The notes: a model not told the origin generated them from the letters alone. A DNA stretch of 63,527 bases, filler included, from Octopus bimaculoides (GCF_001194135.2; 6 parts of 6 records of this genome joined end to end with filler, not necessarily neighbours in it); one strand, 5' to 3'; shown: positions 1 to 13,266, numbered from the whole stretch's first letter. Translations and numbers: made by a program.

Positions 1-530
1 GAGTCACCTTTATATATATATATTTATATTTATATATTTATATATTTGATCCTTTATATTGAACACTCAATATTTCATCTACATTCAATACTTTATTTCA
101 TGGTGCCATCCATTTTTATTTTATTTTATATTATATATTGTATATTATATTATATATTGTATATTCCATATTCTATACCCCACATTAGTTCTGCAGGAAT
201 ATAAATAAAACATAAAAAACAGACAGTGTTGGAACTCTTTTAAGCAAAATAATATATTCCTCTATACACAATCATACAAAAAAATCCACCTTTTTTTGTA
301 TTTATTTTTACTCGCATATATATATATATATATATATATATGCATACATACAGATATACATACATACACTTATACATATATATATGTGTGTGTGCGTTTG
401 TGTGTGTGTTTGTATATATATGTATATATCTTTGTTTATTTATACATACGTTAATTTACATATAAGTATGTACATATATAAATATGTGTGTGTGTCTGTA
501 TATATATATGTGTGTATATATATATGTATG

Positions 531-581
<51 letters not shown>

Positions 582-1009
582 NNNNNNNNNNNNNNNNNNN
601 NNNNNNNNNNNNNNNNNNNNNNNNNNNNNNNNNNNNNNNNNNNNNNNNNNNNNNNNNNNNNNNNNNNNNNNNNNNNNNNNNNNNNNNNNNNNNNNNNNNN
701 NNNNNNNNNNNNNNNNNNNNNNNNNNNNNNNNNNNNNNNNNNNNNNNNNNNNNNNNNNNNNNNNNNNNNNNNNNNNNNNNNNNNNNNNNNNNNNNNNNNN
801 NNNNNNNNNNNNNNNNNNNNNNNNNNNNNNNNNNNNNNNNNNNNNNNNNNNNNNNNNNNNNNNNNNNNNNNNNNNNNNNNNNNNNNNNNNNNNNNNNNNN
901 NNNNNNNNNNNNNNNNNNNNNNNNNNNNNNNNNNNNNNNNNNNNNNNNNNNNNNNNNNNNNNNNNNNNNNNNNNNNNNNNNNNNNNNNNNNNNNNNNNNN
1001 NNNNNNNNN

Positions 1010-1049
<40 letters not shown>

Positions 1050-1059
1050 CTGCGTGCGT

Positions 1060-1188
1060 GTACGTGCGTGCATGCCTCTTTGTGTTTGTGTTTGTCTCGC
1101 ACCACTGCATGACAACCGGTGTTGATGTGTTTACGTCCCCGTAATATCGGTTCGGCAAAAAAAAGACCGATAGAATAAGTACCAGGCT

Positions 1189-1190
<2 letters not shown>
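1060..1190 (+). mobile_element. SINE family A, 3' body fragment
   Basis: Matches the body of fuller copies at 10916 and 51822 (GACAACCG..GTGTTTACGTCCCCGTAA..GGTTCGGCAAAA..GACCGATAGAATAAGTAC); truncated at the (AAT)n tract 1191-1222. Confidence 0.8.
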
Positions 1191-1222
<32 letters not shown>

Positions 1223-1223
<1 letters not shown>

Positions 1224-1620
1224 CGACCCATCATGCCCGTTTAGTGCTTACTAATCGATCCACCATGCCCATTTGATTCCAGGATCGTAAAGAAAGAAGG
1301 TGACAAAAATACAATCCCTTAAAATTTGGAATAGGAAGAATTTGTAGTATGGGAACTGTAAAGGTCGTCTCTATAATATTTGGTGTATTGGGAACAGTGA
1401 GCAAAGATATAGACAAATGGCTGAAAGAGATTGGAATAGAATGCCCTGTAGTGGTCCTACAGAAAGTTTGTCTCTTAAGGACAGCGAGAATTATCAGGAT
1501 GGTTTTAAGCACTTGAAAGACGACTGAAAAATCTGATATGGACCCCCTGGGGGTACCGGTTGAGAACCAGCGTTCGAAATCTATATTTCACTGATTCATA
1601 TAGTAGAAAGAAATTCATTA
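1223..1620 (+). mobile_element. R4/Dong-like non-LTR retrotransposon, 3' fragment (end of restriction-like endonuclease domain plus 3' UTR)
   Basis: Translates YNPLKFGIGRICSMGTVKVVSIIFGVLGTVSKDIDKWLKEIGIECPVVVLQKVCLLRTARIIRMVLST* (TGA 1514-1516); directly follows an (AAT)n tract; 3' boundary approximate. Confidence 0.8.
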
Positions 1621-2017
1621 ACCTTTTGTAGAAAAAATATCCGAATATTTCTATCAATATACAACACATATTGTGTGTGTGTCGTTGAAACGCCAGAGGC
1701 AGCTATTTTCGTCCTGGAAAAATCCCATTGAATACATAAAAACACTAAAACTATATATTTCAAAGCTATACGAAAGGAATTGCATCAGAAGTGACCGCGA
1801 GAGTGAAAAATATGTATTTCACCGTTGGTACAGCTTCTTAAATGTCAAGTATTAGTGTCATTTCCGAAGCGAAATCGAATCAGCCAGGCTGAAATATATC
1901 GGAATACTGTATAAACTAGACACTGATGTGAAAAGGCGCCGCATAAGCAGAATAAAATTCGTATAATGAATTGAAAGAGACTTTATAGTAAAATTTCTAT
2001 CAATACTACATAATGTA

Positions 2018-2223
2018 TGTGTAGTCTAAACGTCAAAAGCTGCAAATTTTCGTCCGAGAAACATCCCTTTATGTTTTGAGTTAAAGAGTATAATATGCTT
2101 CAGAGCTAGGCGAAAAGAGATCCTCCACCCCCAATATAATGTGTTTTTTTATTTAACACAATACGTCTATAAAGGGATTTTTCTCGGACGAAAATCGCAG
2201 CGTCTGGCGTCTTAACTACACAC
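2018..2223. mobile_element. MITE-like element with ~55-bp terminal inverted repeats
   Basis: 2018-2072 (TGTGTAGTCTAAACGTCAAAAGCTGCAAATTTTCGTCCGAGAAACATCCCTTTAT) is the imperfect reverse complement of 2169-2223; a third arm-like copy lies at ~1678-1733. Confidence 0.65.
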
Positions 2224-4857
2224 GTATATCAAGGATGTTATGTTGTGAGAGATTTTAACTATAGAGCTTTTTCCATTGCATAATTCAAATCGAAATATTT
2301 ATAATTCCATTTTTTTTTTCTAATAAACGCAATATTCAACGGTTATAAAGAAATATAATGAGGTTTGCCATACCCAAATGTTACTTTAAAGACGATGACG
2401 AGACACGCCTTCATAATAAAAATGTTAACGGGGCTTGTCTAATCCCATCATTAAATGTACAGACGATAAAAACGCAAACGATGCGTGCTTTTCATCCTGG
2501 TACAAAGCTAGTTTCCGCCTTCGCCGCTACGAAGACGAAACGGAGGCTTGCTTTCATTTTCATCGTCATAAAAGACAAGAGAACAAAGCTTGCTTTCGTT
2601 CTTAGCACTTTTAAAAAGAGCAAACAAGGCATGTTTTTCCTTTTCTATACTATAAAGGCAAGATAGTAATATTTACTCTTTCGTTTTTATGCAATAAAAA
2701 CGAAAAAGTGGTTTATTTCGCTGCAATGAAGGCTAGAACGAGGCTTGCCCCACCACCTCCTCCTTCTCCTCCTCCTCTCACTATGTCCCAATTAGATAAT
2801 AAACATGGAATGTTTAATTGGTATATTTCTCTATCTTTCTTTCTTTCTGCTGAGAACAATGAAACGTGAACAATCTCATACAATAAGCAATTTATCCCCA
2901 AAATACAGGGACCGATTATTTCATTAGTTCGTTCTACGCCTGAGATTATTATATTTTTTTTATCAGCACGAACCTTTTCTTTTCTTTCATTTTTTTTTTC
3001 TACTTTTACTTTTGTGAGGTCATACTATTTGATGAAATTGTTTTTGACCCCTTACGGAGTTTTTTTTTTTTTTTTCAAATAAACGTTTTCTCACGAGACT
3101 TTTGGTGGAGATAACGAACGATACGATTTGTCACACAAGTGAAATTATCATTCTCTCTTGTTTTTTTTTAAAATAAAATGCCTGACTAAATATGTTTAAA
3201 TAAGAAATAAGGAGCGAGTGAAGTACGCGTGAGGAATGTATGGAAGCAGGCAAGGCCAAACACTAAAGAAATTCACTTCACAATCCCGAAATTCCACTAC
3301 AAAATATATCGTGGCTTGTGCTTCTTAGCAGAGGCACGTGTCGACNNNNNNNNNNNNNNNNNNNNNNNNNNNNNNNNNNNNNNNNNNNNNNNNNNNNNNN
3401 NNNNNNNNNNNNNNNNNNNNNNNNNNNNNNNNNNNNNNNNNNNNNNNNNNNNNNNNNNNNNNNNNNNNNNNNNNNNNNNNNNNNNNNNNNNNNNNNNNNN
3501 NNNNNNNNNNNNNNNNNNNNNNNNNNNNNNNNNNNNNNNNNNNNNNNNNNNNNNNNNNNNNNNNNNNNNNNNNNNNNNNNNNNNNNNNNNNNNNNNNNNN
3601 NNNNNNNNNNNNNNNNNNNNNNNNNNNNNNNNNNNNNNNNNNNNNNNNNNNNNNNNNNNNNNNNNNNNNNNNNNNNNNNNNNNNNNNNNNNNNNNNNNNN
3701 NNNNNNNNNNNNNNNNNNNNNNNNNNNNNNNNNNNNNNNNNNNNNNNNNNNNNNNNNNNNNNNNNNNNNNNNNNNNNNNNNNNNNNNNNNNNNNNNNNNN
3801 NNNNNNNNNNNNNNNNNNNNNNNNNNNNNNNNNNNNNNNNNNNNNNNNNNNNNNNNNNNNNNNNNNNNNNNNNNNNNNNNNNNNNNNNNNNNNNNNNNNN
3901 NNNNNNNNNNNNNNNNNNNNNNNNNNNNNNNNNNNNNNNNNNNNNNNNNNNNNNNNNNNNNNNNNNNNNNNNNNNNNNNNNNNNNNNNNNATATATATAG
4001 TTTCTTTCTAGGCAAACTAACATCTGACTGTTCAAAGAAGATTTCAAAAGTAACTAGTAGCGACTTCTCTTGAAAATGGACAAAATTTGGCATCGTGAGG
4101 GTTATCAAGTACCTGCAGAAAAAAAGGGTTTAGTCCCCACCGACGTACATATTGACATGGTTGCACACACATACATAAAAAACACACACACACATACACG
4201 CAAATACACACACACGAATACGCATGGCCGCAGTGACATGACGGAAACAAGTAAAAAAGAAAAGAAAAAAATGTATTTACAAGGAAAAGAACTTGGTGAT
4301 TCCAAGCCAAGCATTTGCATTAAGGAACTCTGTTTCTTTCGTCACCTTCCTTCCTTGCCAAACCTGCTGGCAATTTTCTTTAACATTGTAATTTATTTGT
4401 TTATTTATTTATTTATTTATTTATCTGGTTTGATTTAATAATAACTTTCACATCGGGTCATGATATTTCAAATTTATTTTCTAAAAAACTTTATTTCATG
4501 TGTTCCTAGTTTTGGTATGTTTGTGTGAGTATGTGTGTGTGTGTGTGTGTGCATGTGTATATGTGTGTGGGGGGGGGGCGCATANNNNNNNNNNNNNNNN
4601 NNNNNNNNNNNNNNNNNNNNNNNNNNNNNNNNNNNNNNNNNNNNNNNNNNNNNNNNNNNNNNNNNNNNNNNNNNNNNNNNNNNNNNNNNNNNNNNNNNNN
4701 NNNNNNNNNNNNNNNNNNNNNNNNNNNNNNNNNNNNNNNNNNNNNNNNNNNNNNNNNNNNNNNNNNNNNNNNNNNNNNNNNNNNNNNNNNNNNNNNNNNN
4801 NNNNNNNNNNNNNNNNNNNNNNNNNNNNNNNNNNNNNNNNNNNNNNNNNNNNNNNNN

Positions 4858-4899
<42 letters not shown>

Positions 4900-4950
4900 T
4901 ATGCATATATATATGCATATATGTATGTATATATGTATATGTGTATATAT

Positions 4951-4982
<32 letters not shown>

Positions 4983-5245
4983 GTACATATATAAATATAT
5001 ATATATATGTACGTATATAAATATATATATATATATGTACGTATATAAATATATATATATATATGTACGTATATAAATATATATATATATGTACGTATAT
5101 AAATATATATATATATATGTACGTATATAAATATANNNNNNNNNNATATATATATATATATGTACGTATATAAATATATATATATGTACGTATATAAATA
5201 TATATATATGTACGTATATAAATATATATATATATGTACGTATAT
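4983..5245. repeat. Minisatellite of ~24-28 bp units GTACGTATATAAA(TA)n, about 10 copies
   Basis: Repeated GTACGTATATAAATATATATAT visible directly; includes a 10-N gap. Confidence 0.85.
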
Positions 5246-5422
5246 ATATATATATATATATATTATGTATATGTATATATTAATGTTTATATTCAACTGA
5301 AGGATTACTCTATACTTTTTGTGGGGCACATATTCGTTACTCATTATTTCCGATGAAGACTAACAGGCCGAAACTTTGAACTCACTGCCAACACAGCACT
5401 TGTAAATAATAATAATAATTGT

Positions 5423-5652
5423 CCTTTCTGCTATAGGCACAAGGCCTGAAATTTTGGGGCAGGGGACCAGTCGAATACATTGACTTGGTATTGGTACTTA
5501 ATTGTTCTGGTAACTGGTACTTGATTTATCGACCCCCGAAAGGATGAAAGGCGAAGTCGACCCCGGCAGCATTTGAACTCAGAACGTGAAGACAGACGAA
5601 ATACCGCTAAGCATTTCGCCCGGGGTGCTAGCAATTCTGCCAGCTCGCCACC
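5423..5652 (-). mobile_element. SINE family B (tRNA-like head, Nin/Deu-like core), tail type B2
   Basis: Minus strand has A-box-like TGGCAGAATTG, B-box-like GAGTTCAAAT, core CCTTTCATCCTTTCGGGGTCGATAAA..AGTACCAG and tail AAAATTTCAGGCCTTGTGCCTATAG; AAT tracts on both sides. Nin/Deu assignment is from recall. Confidence 0.8.
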
Positions 5653-5681
<29 letters not shown>

Positions 5682-5686
<5 letters not shown>

Positions 5687-6759
5687 CAGGTTGGACAGCA
5701 TGATAGAAGTCCGGTAACTGTTGTTGCAAAGAGGATGAAACCAATGGCAAAGCAAAATCCGTTTGATCAATTGGTTGATAGGTGAGAACAAAAACCTCTG
5801 CATGGCAAATATACAGCCCATAGTAAACAAGTTGATGTAGACCAGAAGCACACCCATCAGTGGCTACGGAGCTCAGGACTAAAGCCAGAGAGTAAAGGCT
5901 TTGTCATGGCTGCTCAAGGTCAGAGCTTATTGACCCGGAACTACCAAGCTTGTAGACCCAAAGTGCCGATATTACAACGATGGAATTTGAAACAGTGGGC
6001 CACCGAATCTCTGGGTGTAAGGTTTTAGCACCAGTAGAGTGTAAATCAAGACATGACAGAGTTGGCCAATATCTACATTGCATAATGTGTCGGCATTATA
6101 AAATCAAAACTGCTGACAAATGAAACAAGCACCACTCTGAGGCTGTGACTGAGTGAGAAAGTGTAACGATTCTTTGGGACTCCCCAGTATGTACAGACCG
6201 GACCATCAATGCTAATAAACCAGATATTGTTGTGAGAGACCAAAACAATAAAGTCTGTTTATTGATTGACATGAGCATACCTTGTGGTCATAATATCTCA
6301 GCAAAATGAATTTGATAAGCTCAGAAAATATAAAAATCTGATGATTGAAATCGAAAAAAAATGTGGCATCTCAAGACGTTTACAATACCAGTGATTTTAG
6401 GAGCATTTGGAATGATCAAAAAAAGGAACTGAAAATTATTTGTGGATGGTCCCTGGATGACCTATATAAGAAATGCAGAAGATTGTCGTAACTGGTACGT
6501 CACAAGTATTAAGAAGACTATAATCACTGTGAATTTGTTAATCTTTTTCTCCTTTATTTTATGCATCCATTTTTTCATTCTTCGTTTTTCCTTCTTTCCT
6601 TTTTCTCTGTCTTTCTTCTCCTTCTTTTTTTATCATATGACTTTGTAAATGAACAATCTGGTGTGTTTATTTCATGGCCTACCGATGTATACAGTGAGTT
6701 TCTTTGCTCTAGGTGTTGAGAAGATACTCGGCAAGAAACGGAAACAAAAATGAAAGAAG

Positions 6760-6795
<36 letters not shown>
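5682..6795 (+). mobile_element. R4/Dong-like LINE, degenerate 3' part (zinc knuckle plus restriction-like endonuclease)
   Basis: Frameshifted translation THQWLRSSGLKPESKGFVMAAQGQSLLTRNYQA; CRYY..ETVGHRISGC (CCHC-like); RHDRVG; ILWD..NKPDIVVRD..LLIDMSIP..DKLRKYKNL (PD-D-K nuclease); IPVILGAFG. Bounded by (AAT)n at ~5656-5681 and ~6763-6795. Confidence 0.88.
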
Positions 6796-6796
<1 letters not shown>

Positions 6797-7189
6797 GGTA
6801 AATACTGGATAAATTACACTTACAAGGCGGAAAAATTCACTCAGTATTTCTGATGTTCTAATGGTAACTCTGCGTTCGAAAAAATATTATCTTCTTATTT
6901 GTATCATACAATACACATATTCGACGCTTTTAATAAAAGAACAAATATTTGTTATGTATATATATTTGTGTGTGTGTGTGTGTGTGTATAATGACTCAGC
7001 TCTGATTGTACTCCTTATAGCAGAAACAGTTGTAAGCCAATGAAGACGGTTACATAATTCCTATTCCGTTAATTTCGTATTACGCTCTGTACTCGTCTAG
7101 CACTATTCTGAAACATATGTATACCGATTCTTAACTGTAGGTTATTATTATCGCTGTGACTAAGCGAAATATGTGTGTGTGTGTGTATG

Positions 7190-7259
<70 letters not shown>

Positions 7260-7915
7260 AAAATTGCGCACAAATGCGTACATACTACATACACACACGC
7301 ATACATGCACTTGCACACATACACATACACATACAAACGCACATAGGCATAAATGCATACACACTGATACTCACGCATGCGCATCTATCAGCTGAACACA
7401 CAAAGGACAGACAACGAAACAAAAGAGGTCAATTAACCGGTTTGCATGTTCTAGATGTGTTATTTATTAATTAACGAGATAAGGAGGGACAGAACCCATG
7501 ACCTTTATGGTCCCTCTCTCATGAAATCGATGCGGTTGATGTTCAGTTTGAACTTCTGTTGGTTGATGCCAACAGGAAAAACAAAAACAAAAACAAACAA
7601 AAAAAACAAGATGGGCGGGAGACCATTTCAGAGAATGGCAGCTGTGGGACATTTGGGGACGGGTAGGAGATTGTTAGGGGAAGATTATAGGATAGAGAAC
7701 AGGACGAAAGGGATGGGGATGTAATTAACGGTAAGTAACGACGGGTGGAGTAGTGATGGGTGCATTTTGGGGTGGGTGAATGAGGCCTAGCTTGCTAATT
7801 GAGAAGGGTACAAGCCATTGTGTTGGAGGTTAGATGTTTGATGGGTAAATAAAAATAAAGCTGAACCATCACCGTCTGGCATTCATTGGTTGCTGTTATG
7901 TATATTGGCAACCAG

Positions 7916-8080
7916 AGGAGCAGGCGTGGCCTTGTGGTAAGAAGCTTGCATCCCAACCGTATTGTTTTGGGTTCAGTCCCATGCCTGACACCTTGGGCAG
8001 GTGTTTTCTGCTATAGCTTCGGGGCTTGACCAAAGACTTGCCAATGGATTTGTTAGATGGAAACTGAAAGAAGTTTGTCG
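7916..8080 (+). mobile_element. SINE family A, tRNA-like head
   Basis: GCAGGCGTGGC..TGTGGTAAGAAGCTTGC..GGGTTCAGTCCC..CCTTGGGCAGGTG..GGAAACTGAAAGAAG, followed by the internal TA/TG microsatellite. Confidence 0.8.
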
Positions 8081-8109
8081 TATAAATATATATATATATG
8101 TGTGTGTGT

Positions 8110-8164
<55 letters not shown>

Positions 8165-8896
8165 CATATATATGCTTGTATACGGTGTGTTGTGAATTTA
8201 TGGAAAGGAATCCCCTAAAAATCAACAGTTTTGTTAAAAATNNNNNNNNNNNNNNNNNNNNNNNNNNNNNNNNNNNNNNNNNNNNNNNNNNNNNNNNNNN
8301 NNNNNNNNNNNNNNNNNNNNNNNNNNNNNNNNNNNNNNNNNNNNNNNNNNNNNNNNNNNNNNNNNNNNNNNNNNNNNNNNNNNNNNNNNNNNNNNNNNNN
8401 NNNNNNNNNNNNNNNNNNNNNNNNNNNNNNNNNNNNNNNNNNNNNNNNNNNNNNNNNNNNNNNNNNNNNNNNNNNNNNNNNNNNNNNNNNNNNNNNNNNN
8501 NNNNNNNNNNNNNNNNNNNNNNNNNNNNNNNNNNNNNNNNNNNNNNNNNNNNNNNNNNNNNNNNNNNNNNNNNNNNNNNNNNNNNNNNNNNNNNNNNNNN
8601 NNNNNNNNNNNNNNNNNNNNNNNNNNNNNNNNNNNNNNNNNNNNNNNNNNNNNNNNNNNNNNNNNNNNNNNNNNNNNNNNNNNNNNNNNNNNNNNNNNNN
8701 NNNNNNNNNNNNNNNNNNNNNNNNNNNNNNNNNNNNNNNNNNNNNNNNNNNNNNNNNNNNNNNNNNNNNNNNNNNNNNNNNNNNNNNNNNNNNNNNNNNN
8801 NNNNNNNCTCTCTCTCTCTCGCTCTCTGTCTTTCTGATTGTCTGCCTATCTATCTATCTATATATTTGTCTGTCTGTATGTCTGTATGTATGTATG

Positions 8897-8979
<83 letters not shown>

Positions 8980-9543
8980 ATGTATGTATAACTCTATCTA
9001 TCTATCTATCTTTATACATATTTTCATCCAATAGACGCTAATTTTCTGCGGTGGTTAGTTTTTATTTATCTATCAATTTAATATTTTTCTTTTTCACCTG
9101 TTTCAGGAGCGCCTACCTAATGAGTTTTACTCGAACAAGTCCGCCCCAACACTAAACTGTAGATCTAGGTTCAGTTCCCACTGCATGACATCTGGAGCCA
9201 AGTTAAAATTATGTACTGGACTGGCGGGGGGACGAATTTTTCGACTAAACCCTTCAAGGCAGTGCTTCAGCATGGACTCAGTCCAATGAGTGAAACAAGC
9301 AAAAGGTAGGAGAATTTTTTTTTTTTAATAACGTAAAAACGGTGTTAAAATATGAAATTAAAAGACGGCTGGATCAGACCCCAACGAACAAGAACGTCTC
9401 GGGTTTAAGAAAAACATGAACAACAACAACAACTTGGAAATTCTCAACTGGTGACAACAAAAATGTCGGTTTTGAGACAAGAAGGACATTGTCTTCGTAA
9501 TTACATTTGCGGTGTGTGTGGTGTATGCATGTGTATGTGCGTT

Positions 9544-9616
<73 letters not shown>

Positions 9617-10551
9617 NNNNNNNNNNNNNNNNNNNNNNNNNNNNNNNNNNNNNNNNNNNNNNNNNNNNNNNNNNNNNNNNNNNNNNNNNNNNNNNNNNNN
9701 NNNNNNNNNNNNNNNNNNNNNNNNNNNNNNNNNNNNNNNNNNNNNNNNNNNNNNNNNNNNNNNNNNNNNNNNNNNNNNNNNNNNNNNNNNNNNNNNNNNN
9801 NNNNNNNNNNNNNNNNNNNNNNNNNNNNNNNNNNNNNNNNNNNNNNNNNNNNNNNNNNNNNNNNNNNNNNNNNNNNNNNNNNNNNNNNNNNNNNNNNNNN
9901 NNNNNNNNNNNNNNNNNNNNNNNNNNNNNNNNNNNNNNNNNNNNNNNNNNNNNNNNNNNNNNNNNNNNNNNNNNNNNNNNNNNNNNNNNNNNNNNNNNNN
10001 NNNNNNNNNNNNNNNNNNNNNNNNNNNNNNNNNNNNNNNNNNNNNNNNNNNNNNNNNNNNNNNNNNNNNNNNNNNNNNNNNNNNNNNNNNNNNNNNNNNN
10101 NNNNNNNNNNNNNNNNNNNNNNNNNNNNNNNNNNNNNNNNNNNNNNNNNNNNNNNNNNNNNNNNNNNNNNNNNNNNNNNNNNNNNNNNNNNNNNNNNNNN
10201 NNNNNNNNNNNNNNNNNNNNNNNNNNNNNNNNNNNNNNNNNNNNNNNNNNNNNNNNNNNNNNNNNNNNNNNNNNNNNNNNNNNNNNNNNNNNNNATATGT
10301 GCATATATATATACATATATACATATATATGCATATATATATACATATATACATATATATGCATATATATATACATATATACATATATATATATATATGC
10401 ATATATATATACATATATATATATATATGCATATATATATACATATATATATATATATGCATATATACATATATATATATGTATAATATATATATATATA
10501 TGTATATATATATACACACACGTGTGTGTGTAATATATATCTACATATATG

Positions 10552-10750
10552 TTTTATCTTACTCGTTTCGGTCATTTGACTGCGGCCCTGCTGGGGCACC
10601 GCCTTGACGGGTTTTTAGTCGAACAAATCGACCCCAGGACTTTTTTAAAGCCTAGTATTTATTCTATCAGTTCTTTCTGCCGAACTGCTAAGTTACGGGA
10701 GAGTAAGCACACCAACACCGGTTGTCAAGCGGTTGTGAGGGGACAGATAA
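10552..10750 (-). mobile_element. SINE family A, 3' body and tail
   Basis: Reverse complement of the family A tail (GGCGGTGCTCCAGCATGGCCGCAGTCAAATGACTGAAAC-like). Confidence 0.8.
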
Positions 10751-10805
10751 ATATATACATACATACTTACATTATAGCTACCTGGACTTATCTTCGAACT
10801 TTGAT

Positions 10806-10865
<60 letters not shown>

Positions 10866-10915
10866 GTGTATATATATATATATATATATACTTAGAGGGA
10901 GGGAGAGAGAGAGAA

Positions 10916-11335
10916 AGAAGCTTGCTTCACCAACCACATGGTTCCAGGTCCAGTCCCCACTGCGTGGCATCTTGGGCAAGTGCCTTCTACTATAGCCTCG
11001 GGCCGACCAAAGCCTTCGGAGTGGATCTGGTAGACGGAAACTGAGGGAAGCTCGTCGTGTATATATGTGTGTGAGTGTATGTGTGTGTGTGCGCGTGCGC
11101 GCGCGCGTGTGTATGTATCTGTGTGTGTGCATCTGTGTTTGTCCCTCTCCATCGTTTGACAACCGACGTTGGTATCTTTAGGTCCCCGTAATCTAGTGGT
11201 TCGGCAAAAGACACCGACAGAATAAGTACTAGGCTTACAAAGAATAAGTACTGGGATCGATTTGTTCGACTAAAGGTGGTGCTCCAGCATGGCTGCAGTC
11301 AAATGATTGAAACAAACACAAGAATAAAAGAATAG
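10916..11335 (+). mobile_element. SINE family A, nearly full length
   Basis: Head, internal TA/TG/CG microsatellite, body and AAGAATAAAAG tail are all present. Confidence 0.85.
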
Positions 11336-11665
11336 AAGAATATATAGACGTATATGAACAGAGTCCGCCAAAAATATGTATCCACACTTCAGGAAAGGGG
11401 AAAAAAATCTGTGTAAATATGAGGGACAGAGAGAGGCTTAATAAAAAGAATGAGGAAGTTGAAGTTCTCTTTATTAATGACATCCAGATGACAGAGAAAC
11501 AGACAGAGAGACAGACAGACAGACAGAGAAAGAGAGAGAGAAGGAGAGAGAGAGGCAGATTAATGGTGTGAAGAGATAGAAAGAGAGAGAGAGATTAAAA
11601 GTACGAAGAGATGGATAAATAGAAAGAGAGAGAGAGAGAGAGAGAGATTAATGGTGTGAAAAGAT

Positions 11666-11713
<48 letters not shown>

Positions 11714-12454
11714 CTTAATGGTGTGAAAAGATAAAAAGAAAGGAAGGGCTTAATGGTGTGCGTGGGGTTAAGAGAGTGGGGTGTGTACTATATAGGTGCG
11801 GACGCCNNNNNNNNNNNNNNNNNNNNNNNNNNNNNNNNNNNNNNNNNNNNNNNNNNNNNNNNNNNNNNNNNNNNNNNNNNNNNNNNNNNNNNNNNNNNNN
11901 NNNNNNNNNNNNNNNNNNNNNNNNNNNNNNNNNNNNNNNNNNNNNNNNNNNNNNNNNNNNNNNNNNNNNNNNNNNNNNNNNNNNNNNNNNNNNNNNNNNN
12001 NNNNNNNNNNNNNNNNNNNNNNNNNNNNNNNNNNNNNNNNNNNNNNNNNNNNNNNNNNNNNNNNNNNNNNNNNNNNNNNNNNNNNNNNNNNNNNNNNNNN
12101 NNNNNNNNNNNNNNNNNNNNNNNNNNNNNNNNNNNNNNNNNNNNNNNNNNNNNNNNNNNNNNNNNNNNNNNNNNNNNNNNNNNNNNNNNNNNNNNNNNNN
12201 NNNNNNNNNNNNNNNNNNNNNNNNNNNNNNNNNNNNNNNNNNNNNNNNNNNNNNNNNNNNNNNNNNNNNNNNNNNNNNNNNNNNNNNNNNNNNNNNNNNN
12301 NNNNNNNNNNNNNNNNNNNNNNNNNNNNNNNNNNNNNNNNNNNNNNNNNNNNNNNNNNNNNNNNNNNNNNNNNNNNNNNNNNNNNNNNNNNNNNNNNNNN
12401 NNNNNNNNNNNNNNNNNNNNNNNNNNNNNNNNNNNNNNNNNNNNNNNNNNNNNN

Positions 12455-12660
12455 TCTGCTGTAGAAATGAGTTACAAAGTCGTCACTTGTGCCAAGCTGC
12501 CTCGGCCCTTGTCTTTCCCTTAGTTTAACATCGGTGGCATGGAGAGGGGGGGGCTGGTATGCATGGGTGATTGCTGGTCTTCCATAAACAACCTTGCCCC
12601 GACTTGTGCCTCGGAGGGGAACTTTCTAGGTGCAATTCCATGGGGATCTTTATCCTCTAA
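12455..12660 (+). mobile_element. Probable SINE 3' portion; 5' part lost in the N gap
   Basis: GC-richer block resembling, from recall, the tail of an octopus CORE-type SINE; no second copy in the window. Confidence 0.4.
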
Positions 12661-12789
12661 AGAGAGACAGGCAGACACACAGACAGATATATATATATAT
12701 AATATAAATAATATATATATATATATATATATATGCATATATACATACGTATATGTACATTCTTACATCTATACGTATATGTATATATG

Positions 12790-12985
12790 CATGTGTTGGC
12801 ACAGGACGTCATGAAACGTGTACAACACAAAAAAGTACGAAGCACGAGTACATGGAACATGAACTGTTCTTTTGAACAACGAAAGACACAAATGGAAAAC
12901 AAAACAATCAACACGTAGAACGACCCTTCATTAGTTGTTGACTGTCTTTTTAGTCTCGTATTTCGAGCATTTAACAACAATATAC
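12790..12985 (-). mobile_element. Possible Penelope-like element terminal fragment
   Basis: Minus strand has CTCGAAA..CTAATGAAGGG; a similar block at 42166-42296 has CGAAACG..CTGATGAAGG. Confidence 0.35.
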
Positions 12986-13115
12986 GCTTTCAATAAAGCA
13001 GTTGCTCCCGCAAAGCAAATTAAATCAAATTTGGGATTTTGCGGAGGATCAAAATTGGTAACACAAACAGGACAGTGAAAACAAACAATATATACATACA
13101 CACACGCACACACGG

Positions 13116-13166
13116 CAGCTGGCAGAAACGTTAGCACGCCGGGAGAAATGCTTAGCGGTATTTCGT
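13116..13166 (+). mobile_element. SINE family B head, cut by the linker
   Basis: GCTGGCAGAAACGTTAGCACGCCGGG..AAATGCTTAGCGGTATTTCGT, as in the copy at 26923. Confidence 0.8.
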
Positions 13167-13266
13167 NNNNNNNNNNNNNNNNNNNNNNNNNNNNNNNNNN
13201 NNNNNNNNNNTTAATTAATTAANNNNNNNNNNNNNNNNNNNNNNNNNNNNNNNNNNNNNNNNNNNN
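13167..13266. other. Artificial 100-bp assembly linker 1
   Basis: 44 N + TTAATTAATTAA (13211-13222) + 44 N. Confidence 0.95.

Noticed and set aside
2500-2605. Small hairpins in CpG-containing unique sequence
   Set aside because: Short stems, no known motif, compatible with chance
7065-7105. Hammerhead-like CTAGACGA..GAAA on the minus strand
   Set aside because: Extra base in the core and no stem I pairing
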